This document shows, one piece after another, positions 50,865-62,800 of a DNA stretch of 64,000 nt. Positions within the stretch are counted from its first letter, which is position 1; each line of letters starts with the position of its first letter. A program made the position numbers and the translations under genes. The DNA lies in assembly GCA_977016875.1 (NCBI GenBank), contig CDRNST010000060.1, forward strand, positions 6,200,001 to 6,264,000, read 5' to 3'. Under the pieces are notes generated by a model. It had not been told where the DNA came from. It saw only the letters and a program-made list of their open reading frames with translations, and did no database searches. The stretch is from Pavona decussata. Taxonomy: Eukaryota.

Positions 50865-53800
50865 CATCATCATAATGAATCATAATCATGATGATAATAA
50901 CAATGGAAGGAGTAAATGATCAAAGCAAAATGATTGTGTGCATTTCTTGTCAACAGATGCAAAATCAACTGCGGTGACAAAGTAACTGGTAATAAGAAGA
51001 TGGCTATAGAGTCCACTTGCATTGGTCTCTCCTGCAGAGCTGCTCAGCGCTATAATTGGACCCTGTACAGGCTCGCTGTGGGGCCTGTTAACGAAACGTG
51101 GTTTCAAGTAAACGACTTGGAAAATAGGATACTCACAGACTTGGACAGTCCAACTCTGGTCTTTAAAGGCAGGTTTTATGGGCATTTAATTACTTATTTT
51201 TGGTTTGTGTCTAGGATTCAGAACCTTCTCAGTGTAATCGCGCACCTTATTCTGAGTAGTTTCACGAACTTGACGGAAGAGTATTTCACGAGTTTTAGAT
51301 CAAATATTAGCATAATGCCAAGAGAAGGCTTTATGTTCGGATGATGTACGTAGCAAGAATCGGTTCGATAACTGGGAGCAAGGTAAACAGGTACACATTC
51401 ATGTACTAACTGAGCTTAATGAGCTATATACACAAAAAATATCGTGTGTATAGCTTTTTTTATTATAATTTATTACAGGCAAATTAAATGATTGGGACAA
51501 TTCGTTGGAAGATGACTCGGTGTACAAGCTGAGGGCATCTCTGTACCTGGATGGTGACACAGTGGAGGAAAGTGAGATTATGTTTAAGACCAACTCGCCT
51601 CCATCCCCAGATCACACGGGTGGCTGCTCTGTAACCCCTGAGATGGGGTATGCAGTCACAACTGAGTTCACAATTTCCTGTCAAGGTTGGTATGATGAGG
51701 ATTTACCACTCAAGTATGAGTTCAGGTAAGTGTTTTTTAGGTTCTCACCAAAATGTTTGTCATAGTGTTGTATGTAGAAAACATTCTTATACAGCTGCGG
51801 TGTTGTTGTTTCCGGTGATGTTTTCGAGAAGTTTGTCGAATATGATTTTAAGGGCGCTTTCCATTAGTCAGAACTGGCCAACCAGATCAGCTGGTTCCCA
51901 AACTGAATGCACCAATCTTCAGATTCTTTGAAAATGGAACATACCATTCCCTAAGGATGTGCTGTTTTGAAGAATTTGTAGAGCCAACCTTTCAGAATTG
52001 GCGAATTCAATTTACAAACAGACCGGTCTGATCCGCCAGTTCTGACAAATGGAATGCACCCTAAAATTAAGTGTTATGCTTGTCGGCGTCACCTTCAAAA
52101 ATAAACTATCGTGCTCCAAATTATGCTCGACTTGTTGCTACTATGCTCGTAATTATGCCAAAAAATTTTCCCGCTCCCGCAGCTTGAAACAGACACAATT
52201 TTCATAATAAATTAGCCTCGGTCGCATAATGAGAGTAACTAGGCCTAAAAGGCTAGAACTGCTTGAAGATAGGATGGAAACAAGCCTACAGTGCTGAATA
52301 ATAAGGAAACTGCGTAGAGCATTAAACCGACTTTTACTCAATAAACGGACAACAGTAGCAATAAAAAATGTCGCGAAATGGCATTGTTAAACCGGCATTA
52401 TGTTTCATTTTAAACATGTTGTATTGATCACCGAAAACCCCCTCTGGGGAGTGTTCAATAAAGTATTATCTTATCTTATCTTATCTTATCTTATCTTATC
52501 TTATCTTATCTTATCTTATCTTATCTTATCTTATCTTATCTTATCTTATCTTATTATGCGACAACCCCTTATTGGTGTGGTCTGAAAGCTGTCAGTCTTC
52601 TTGAAATTTTCAAACGTTGTCTCTCTTGGCGTTGAAGCAATTCAAAATTTTAAAATTGTGGTATATCACGTAAAGAATATCTTATTAGTTTTAGTTGGGG
52701 GATAAAGTGTCATGTAATATAGTTTTATCAATCACAGACAAGAAAATATTTTGGTACAACTTTGATGTGGTAAAATCCTTAATTTTGTCCTGTTACGTGT
52801 CATTTATGATATTGTGTCATTGTCAAGCCGAGCAATATTTGATAGCTTTCGAAGTGTATTATACATTTTTTGTTACATGTTTTAAGAGCTCTTCCTTTTT
52901 TTTATTATCACTCAGGTATCATACAAACACGGGCGGTTTTGTAATCCAGAAAGGAAGCTCACCTAAAGCGACGACCAGACTGCCTCTTGGGAATCCAACG
53001 CATGGTTACATCATTGGACTAGAAATTCAGATCATCGACTCGCTCGGTGCCGCTTGGATGAAATTATTGACTGTTACGGTATGTAATCAACATCAACTTA
53101 CTCCCAGCAACATCCATTGACTGGGAAGACAGGCCTATTATTTTGATTTACTAGCGAAGCTTATGTGGCTTGTTTTGGGTCTTCAGACTGTAGTCTCTCA
53201 CATCTTTTTTCGGCGCATCCGGGAACAGGCTTGATCAGTAATGCCAGAAGCATTTGTTCTCTTGAGATAAAATGGAAGACGTATGAAACCTTTCTTTTTT
53301 TACTGTAGGTAGAAGCAATGTCGGATAAAGATGTAACTGGAACATTGATGAACATGGCTAGTGGAGAGAAAAGCCCCCTGGGTAATCTTCTGCAGTCAGG
53401 TGATGTAGGCAAAGCGGCTCAGATGGCGTATGCGGTGCTCTCCATGGTGGATAAGAGCGAGGGGAATATGGACTCAGGCGACAAGAAATCGGTGATTACC
53501 TTCTTATTTTTGTTATCATCAGGGACCACAAACAACGTCACAGAACTTTGACGCCTTGGACGTTTTAGTCGCTACTGGAAGTAGTAGTTTCTCTTAAATA
53601 GCAACTTTTTGTTACTCGGTGGGAGATACAAAAATGTTTGTCTTCACGCTTGTCGCTTGATGTAATGCTCTCAAAACACGCATTAGATAAATAAAGGAGT
53701 TCTTTCCAGTAGCCACTCGTAGCGTCCCGGCATCATTGCTCTCTTTGGGTTCGTTTTTTGGGAGAATCCAAAATATTTAACGGATTTGTGATCTCAGATC

Positions 53801-56800
53801 ATTCGGATCATGGTGCATCAAAGGAACCGACGAATCCACTCTGGACAAGGATTCGTCGATTCCTTTGATGCGCCATGATCCGAGTGATCTGAGATCACAA
53901 ATCCGTTTCTGGATTCTCCCAAAAAAACGCACCCTGAACGTCCATTTTTTTAAGAATTCACAAAACAGAGTTTTAACTTTGCACTACATTTTTACATCAA
54001 GATAGGTTTGCATTGTTGAATGTTGTTTTGCTTTTCACAAATACCATTAAAATATCTGTTAATGCTTATCGGCTTACTTGTTTCCGGACATTGTGAAACT
54101 TGGAAACAAAGCTGTCATTGATAGGGCGAGGACATGTTTTCTTTATGGAGAGGAGACTGTACTGGGTGAATTTTTATTCCTTCTCCGGGTAAAACGAGCA
54201 CGCGACTTCTGCAAGAGAGGGGCCACTTCCCTTTGTATGTTGCTCACTCTCAATGTTGCGACTAATACAATTTTTCTCTTATGTAATAACAATCAAATGA
54301 ATGTCCGCGATCGGTTTGTTTTGGGTTTTTAGCATAGTCCGATTGGAGAAATAGAATAAAAATAAATAAGGCAATTTCTGTAACGTTACTGATAAAAGTA
54401 AAAAAAAAAAGCAATAAAATAAATAAAACAAGATAACTGCAAATCTTCTTCTCTCGTAAACACGTAAAATCTAGACTGCATTGTTCACAAGCACGTTTTC
54501 TTAGCACTCGCTTTAGCTTAAGTTTACCATTGTTTCAGTCATTAAAGGAACACCGATACATCGACATGGTCGGCAATTATCGTATGTCATCGACATCAAG
54601 ATTTACCTCCACAGCTTCCCAAATATCCCTCCTGTGAAGTTCATACAAATTACTCTACATGCGGCCACAATCCAGCTGACAACTTTCATGGGTTTTTCTC
54701 CTGATATTCTCATTCTTCTTCCCCACACAGCTGGTTTTTTGTCAAATTTCATCACTCTTCCCAGTGACACTCTGGTTGCAATCTAATTTCTTTTCTTTTC
54801 CACGGTTGACAATAAAAGTGGGCTGCTTGTGTTTTCCCAGTTCGTCTGGTTTCCAATTATTTCACGTCAATTTGTTGTAAGCGTTGAGGTTGAATCTTGA
54901 CCTTCAATCATATGTTCGAACTGATTAACCACTGTCACTAATTCTTTAAGTAAGTTCTCGCTATTACCCCAATTCATTTGTGCTTAATAATACACACATG
55001 TTCACTGATTGTTCCCAAACTAGCTAATAGCCTTTCCATCGAACAAACGCACATTTTAACTTCAGTTTTTTTACTTAATGTATTAACTGAACCTACTAAT
55101 ATCTAGTCTTTGCTTATATTAATTAATAACTAATTAAACAACCTTAGTTGTTGTGAACTTCAGTTGCTATCTTGTCCTCGACACCAAGCGCCAGTCGGTC
55201 TCCTGGTGAACTCCTCCGTCACTGGTCCTCTTGGCAAGTGATTTTTATAAACTAGCTATCTGCCTTTCCATCTAACAAACGCACATTTTAACTTCTGTTT
55301 TTTTACTAATGTATTAACTGAACCTACTTATATCTACTCTTTACTTATATTAATTAATAACTAATGAAACAACCTTAGCTGTTGTAAACCCACCATTTGC
55401 TATCTTGTCCTCGACACCAAGCGCCAGTCGGTCTCCTGGTGAACTCCTCCGTCACTGGTCCTCTTGGCAAGTGATTTTTATAAACTAGCTATCAGCCTTT
55501 CCATCTAACAAACGCACATTTAAACTTCTGTTTTTTTTTTACTAATGTATTAACTGAGCCTACTAACATCTACTCTTTGCTTATATTGTAAACTGGTCTT
55601 CTTGGCAAGTGATTTTTGCAAAGTTTTGTGCTGGATTGTTACGTTTCGCCGGTGATTTCGTAGTTTGTTGCTGGGTGTATTTTCCCCAACTAAGGACGCT
55701 CGAGGCGTGCAAACTAAAGTGGTAAACGAATTGCAAGGAGATGAGACTCAAAGAAAGCAAAGTAAACTAATTAAAGAAACAAGAAAACAATCAACATTAA
55801 TAGGCTCGTCTATTGGCTCTGATACTGGAACGTTTTTAAACAAGGTGTAAAGCTTTAAAGGGCTGTAAAACCCTAATACGGCCAAAAGATGACATACACA
55901 AAGACGCACAACAACAATTACAACAACAGCAACAACAACAAATTAATTCCTGTAGGCAAAAGTAGAAATAAAACTAAGTAAAATTAAAATCGATTTTAAC
56001 TTTAGCTTAATCGAACATATTTATCATGTGGTACTGCACTACTGCGCACGTGTTACACGGATAGCCACGAAACGTCACGTGATGGCACGAATCACCACTC
56101 AGCACGGATCGAGCACTGTCACGATCAGTCACGAGTAATTATCGATCATTTTCGACCATGTTGTGCATGCTTTTGACTCACAGATTGATGTGGTTAGAAA
56201 TGATTTGCGCTCAAAGTTTAAGGTCACCAAGTCGACGGTCCTTAACGTAAGTACATATCACGACGAGGCACATTCTCACACATGCGCTACCTTTAATTTA
56301 TTTTCCTTCATATATTTCTTTATTTGTCCATCTTTTGGTTGTACTTATTTGTCATGTTGTGATAATAGTCATGACGTGATTGAGATGTGAATTAATAATA
56401 TGTTTCGTTAAAATAAATAGTGTCAACGTATTTTTGGGGTGTGTGCTATTTGTACTTTTTGACCCTTAATTCTTGCCACCATTAAAACCAATTGCGAGCC
56501 ATTGTACAGGTTTTTATTTTGTGGCATTAAATCGCATATGTACTGTGTTTTTTTTATTTCATTTGTTTCACCCATACGACAAACAACAAATTGCATTGGC
56601 AACAACGCCAACAACAGGAAGAACGGGAACAACAACAACATAGAACAGCAATGGAAACGAAGACATGTAAATAACATTAAGATTTCGTTGTAGGCTACAT
56701 TTCTTATTTTGTATCGGTTTTAAATCCTTCTGTGTTTGTCAATGTAAACGTGTGGTTTTCTTTGTTATCCATACTTCGGTCCATACTTGTCGTGTGTGCT

Positions 56801-59800
56801 GGACAGGTCCCTTTTCAATAATAATTCAATATGGTCGAAATGACACAAACGGGCTGCATTCTGCATCCACATCAAAGGACTGCAAAAATATTGTCAAAAT
56901 ATTTAAAAATATATTACGTTAAAACACTTTATACCAAAGTGTACTTAAGTTGAATGCTAGCTGAATTTGTTTAACTGAAGCAATTTGAATGTGTTTAAAA
57001 ATTTAAAAACCCGTCAGTCAGGTGAGTTTTGTCTTTTAAAAAATCTCAATTCAGGCACCGTTTACCATAAAAGTGAATTCATTTTGTTGAGTTATTAGTG
57101 ACGATAGAATGTGAAATTGTTGCTATCCTTTATTCCCAAGAGGCGTCTGACGTTTCATTCCAGTTTTCATTTTAAACTACAACTTTTTAGTGACTATTGA
57201 AGAACGTAACTAAACCCGGGCGTAAACGTTTCCTTAAGAACATTTACACCGGCATCTAAGAGCCATGTGTTTAAAATAACTTGTAAAATACGGGAAAAGG
57301 TTTCTCATTGTTGTGCTCAGCTGGTTCAAGATGAATTCATGACGTGCGCGCAAGGGAGGACGAGTAACCTGCCACTTGAGATGAGTTCCGAAGTGCGATC
57401 AGGATCAGCGAGGGTGTCCTGGATGTTTGTTAATTTAATTTTGAGACTGTGACGGGCTGACGCTGTATTCTGTTTTTGTTTGCAGCTGAAAGACACGATC
57501 ATTAACCAGATGGCCAACGTCAAAGTGACCAGCATTGAACAAGTTTCACAAATGGCAGCAGTGGTCGCTTTAGCAACGGAACAAGGGGACGAAATATCTC
57601 AAAATTCGCAAGTAAGAATTGTTGATTAAATTATAAAGACAATCAGTTAGTCCGGCTGTCAATCAGTCAGTCATTCAGTCATTAGTCAGTTGGTCAATCC
57701 GGCACATATTCAGTCAATCATTTATTAGGTCAGTCAGTCAGTCAGTCAGTCAGTCAGTTAGTCAACCGTCTCTCAATTAATAAGCGCGTCATTCATTTCA
57801 ATTATCCAGTCAGATGGATTTTTTAACCCGTGTTATTCGTGTATCCAGCTGACAATTTCGTTTTTTCTTGTTACGCAGGAAAACGCAGTAAATCTCCTAG
57901 AAGGTACTGCTGACTTTGTGTCATCTCAAATGAAGTCCGGCGCTGCCGATCCCGAAGTTTTACAAGGCGTCGGCGCCAGTTTACTACATGGTATCTCAAA
58001 CGTCATAACTGCAGCTTCAACTGGAGCTAAAGCGGAAGACAAGGAGGAGTCTGGGAACGAAGACGATGAGGAGGAAGCGGAGAAGGAGAAGGAAAAATCC
58101 AAAGGAAAAGTACTGTTATTTGTGAATACACTTTTCACTCTTTGGCAATATCATTTGAGCGTTGATATCATTAGGTTACTCCTTCGTTGCAGCATGTAAC
58201 AGCTACCTTAAAGTGGAAATTGTCCAGATACAGTTTTATATTACAAATTCCAGGACAGGGCTTTTCATTCATTGCGACCATAAACTTTTTCGAGAATCAA
58301 CATCCTGAAAGTTTTAGTCTGCAATCAAACTCAACTTTTGCTATCTTTTGGTTGGCGCAAATTTGTTCTTTAACGTGCATTAGGAAACACTCGTTTTTAA
58401 ATCTGTGGCTTGAGCCGACAGCCGGATTAAACGTTCTTGTTACTTGAAGGGGAAGTTTCAAGGGATCTTGTGTCATTTCAAAAGTTCAGAAGGCAAAACG
58501 GTTTTGCCATTAGGCCATCCCGAAAAAAATGTTTCCTTTCCCATCGCCCGACCGACCCATTTTTTCGAAAAGTAAAAAAAAAAAAATAAAAAAATAAATA
58601 AAAAAAATTCCAGATTCACTAGTCAAAGAAGCAAATACTTTAATTTACGAGCACATTATCTTGTTTTTTTTTTAACAACAATTGGTATGATGTGATGTCC
58701 TTGTCTTTAATTTACATCGACACTACGAATAACGAACGAAAACACCACGTTTTCGAGTTGACTTTGTAACCAGGCTTTCTTACTTAGCAGCCCGGCCTTC
58801 TCTGGAACCCAGACCCCTTCAAGTGTTCATTCTTCTTCTTTTTTTTGCCCGAGCGACCGACCCACCATCACAAGAGACGGGGCGATAGGAAGCGAAACAT
58901 TTTATTGGGATAGCCTTAACAGAAATCTAAAAATAATATTCCACTTGTTTCTATGGCCATAGATGGACTGAATCGTTAATGTATTTTTGGCCGCTGTAAA
59001 GAGATTCCAGAGCTGGCGTTTTGAGTGTTGTCCCGTGGTAAGAAAGAATCGGAATGGTTTGGAAAGGAAAGGCTTTCCTAACATTTTTTAAGTTCTGCCT
59101 TTTTCATGTCCAAAATGCGCTAAAACAGATCATGATTTCTTCCCTTCAGGAATTCGGTTGATTTCTTTCCCTTGGTGTTCTAGATTGACTCTGTATTATT
59201 ACTCCATTTTCACTTCCAAAGGTTACAATCCCCGGGACATGTCGGTCCCCCTTAAGGTCCATACTCGTTATTTCCGAATCTGGGTCTTTCAATTAAGTTT
59301 TATTCACTTGTCACTTTCAGAGCAAAAATGTAGCTGAAAAGACTCTCAAGTTAATGGACAAGGTAGGATCAAGTCTTCTGGGTACGAAAACTGTCGGTGA
59401 AAAGCCAAGCGTGTTTAAAACCAAGTCCCTAGCCATGATGCTGGATAGACAGGTGCCATCAAAGATTGGCAACAAAAAGCTGAGCGACGGGGAGGGGGAC
59501 GGGGGCGTCGCGTTACCTTCAGCTGATACCCTATTTGGTGACGAGGCTGGCAATCTTCCTTCAGTTGATTCTCAGGTAAGAGCCTAGGCACAGTAAGCCC
59601 CTGTATTGTCTCACTATGATGCCTAAGGGAAGCGTCCTTCTCTGTAGCTGTTTATTGACTTGTCAAACTTTGGGGTTTTATCTGTTGATTCAAAAAAGTC
59701 GTAAACGTAATGGTTAGTAACTCTTAGTATGTTTATTGGCAATTAAACCATTTAAAACGGGTTTAGCGTTGTCTCATTTATGACTTTTACCCAATGAAGA

Positions 59801-62800
59801 CCCTCCTTCTCTTTACTCTTTGTAGATGCTCAAGTTTAAGGACAACCCTTACACTTGGGACGCATCGTCCAAAGGCATCAAGTCTTCAGTCATCGACTTT
59901 TCTTTGAAAACCGCAAACGGGAGTGCCATTGACGTTTCAGGACTTTCGAAACCAGTGGAACTGTTCTTGCCTCAGAAGAAGGAAAGCGAAGAGAAAGCCA
60001 ACACGACGACACCTGTGTTTTTTGCTAAACCCAGCGACGGATCAAACAACATAAGGTTGGTATTTTCACAAAAGATGATAATTTCTTTACGGAATACATT
60101 TGCGCTGCGTTTTTCAGGGGGATCTATAACTAAATGTTTTTAACTATGTACCTGTGAGCACTTTACTCATTTGAGTTATCGGGCCCCTAGTTACCGTTAA
60201 CAAGGGAACTGTCTTAAAAAAGAGAAGTATGTTTGAAAATTTTGTTGTTATTAGGTACCATCAAGTGGTGGTTCCGTCAAAAAGCGCATTGATTTTTGTT
60301 GAAGTCAAACCGGAAGAGGGCAAATCTCTGGAGGTGTACGTCAGCTACAAAACACGCCCTACGGTGGATAAGCACAGCTTTACTGCTATCATCCCTGACA
60401 TCGACTACTGCAACGATACTGAAACCGGCTTGAATTGCAGCTCGGAAGCTTATGTGATTGCCGTAAGCAGCGCTGTTACTGGGCACATCGGTGTGCACTA
60501 TATTGGTATCAGGTATCCTGAACCCGAAAACGACGATCCCACACCCCCGGAGGGGGAGGGGGAGATAGACGCGCGACGCGTGAGACGAGGGTGCGAGAGT
60601 CACGGGGGCAGACAGAAGCGGGCTTGCATCGGTGTCAAAGATCCCCCAACCACCCCTCCCCCAACGCCTAAGATGGTTATTCCGCAGTATAACGAGAGTA
60701 CTGACGTGAATTATACATTGTCAACCACTGTGACAAAGTGTTTGTATTGGTCTGAGAAGAAGCAAGCTTGGACAGACGATGGCTGTAAGGTAATCAATTT
60801 TTGTCTGAAAGTAAATAAGATGAATATTATATATTTGAATTGCAGATGAAAGACCATCGCAGTGGTGAACACTATTTGAGCAGTTGCGAAAAGAAAGCCT
60901 GAAAAAAGGAGGATACCTCTCTTTCGAGTTAGGAACCGAGTTGTGAACCTCGGTTCCTCACTCGGTTCGTAACTCGATTGCTAACTCCATTGATAGTTTA
61001 TCTCATGCAGTTGTAGTTGGGGAAATTATGTCACTTTTGTTGACGCTCTGTTAATAGAAAGCAGAAGACATGATTCTCTTGAAGCAATAAAGATAAATAA
61101 AAATCATCAGAAGAGAAGAAACGTCAGTATAGATGGGGAAATAGTATCATCATGACACTTTTCTCGACTCGCGCGTTCTGTTAAAGTAGAATGTTTTGTT
61201 GTCAGTAAACAGTAATATTATATCAGCCTTCTCATCGTATGAACTACCACAAACAGCCAAGAAAACAACAATAACAACAACACAAAGAAACAAAAACAAA
61301 ATACTGCCCTGACTTGTTTCACTATGCATTTCTCCAGGTTGGACCAAAGACTGTAGCCGGCAGTCTTCATTGCCTCTGCACCCATCTGTCCGCATTTGGT
61401 GGAGATTTCTTTGTCGCACCAAACCCTATTGATTTCGACAAGGTCTGGGCCGCGTTTGGCAACCTGGCCGAGTCTGGGAACTTTGTGGTGTTGGCCACTG
61501 TTTGTTCCATATTTGGACTGTACATAATTGGCTTGGTGTTTGCTAGGAAGGCAGACAAGAAGGACGAAATGAAGGTAGGTCCTAAGTCGCAGCTATAAAG
61601 TTCTAACTAGAAAATAAATCGTTTAACTCTTTTAAACCCAGTAGTGATCAGCATCTTATTTCTCCTTACAATATCACTACTTGATTAAACTTACAGGTAA
61701 TGAGAATAAAGGAAATGATCATCACATACTGTTCAATAATTTTGGTGTCAAATATTTCTTTCAACATTTAGCTATATCGAGCCGTGTAAACCGGGATAAG
61801 TAACACTAAAAGAAAGTGCTCTCTTCATTTCCTTTGACCTGAATGGTCACAGTAGCAATTCATTAACAAATTAAAAGTAAGAATCATCTTATACAGCATA
61901 ATAAACAGCAGCACAGCAAAAGACTACTGATAAACCGGTTTCGTTTAAGTTAGAGAGTGATTCTTTTCTGTTTCGAGCTCTTTTGCTTTTGTGTTAATTA
62001 TTCCCTTAGGCAAGGCACTTGATCACGCCATAGTCATCTCTCGATATTCATATCAATAATTGGGTAAAATAAATTATCAGGGAAACTGACATACTACTGA
62101 GGTTTAGGGAAGAACTAACTACAGTCGGGTTGAAACAAGAGAAAATAATTTTCTCTCGGCTGAAAGCAATGCTTTCTGTTTACCTTATATGATATGGAAA
62201 TCAGAAGTAAGCGTGCATATTGCGTCGTAAAAATTGACTTGTTTTGTTTTCAGGTCGTGGCTAATGTGTACCTGTCCGAAAACACCGAAGAAGGCTACGT
62301 GTATGAAATCTCTATTCAGACTGGAATGTGGAAAGGTTACGGAACAACAGCTAACATCGGATTGATTATCTACGGCGAGCAAGGCGTGACTCCGACCCTA
62401 CCCCTGTCAGATCCGGAACTAAATAAGATATTCTTTGCTCGTGGGAGTATCAACAACTTCACACTGTCTGTGCCTGAATCGCTGGGCGACTTGGTTAAAA
62501 TAAAAATTTGGCACGATAACAGTGGGAAGAGTCCAGCTTGGTTCTTTTCACAGGTGCAGATTGTAGATGTGCAAAGTGGAGAGAAATGGCATTTTCTTGG
62601 TAACCGATGGCTTGCTGTTGAAAAAGAAAATGGACAGATAGAAGTAGAAATAAAGGCTGCTGCTAAAAAAGAACTCGCGGGATTTAAAAACCTGTTTTAC
62701 TCCAGGACCGCGCGGAGTCTGGGTGATGGTCATTTGTGGCTATCAGTGTTCACCAGGCCCCCGCATAACACATTCACTCGCTGTCAGCGTTTAACGTGTT

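Noticed and set aside
52400-52585. ORF with YLILS repeats
   Set aside because: Translation of the (TTATC)n microsatellite.
54540-56815. Single large TIR element spanning the middle of intron 11
   Set aside because: I could not find convincing matching termini or a TSD.
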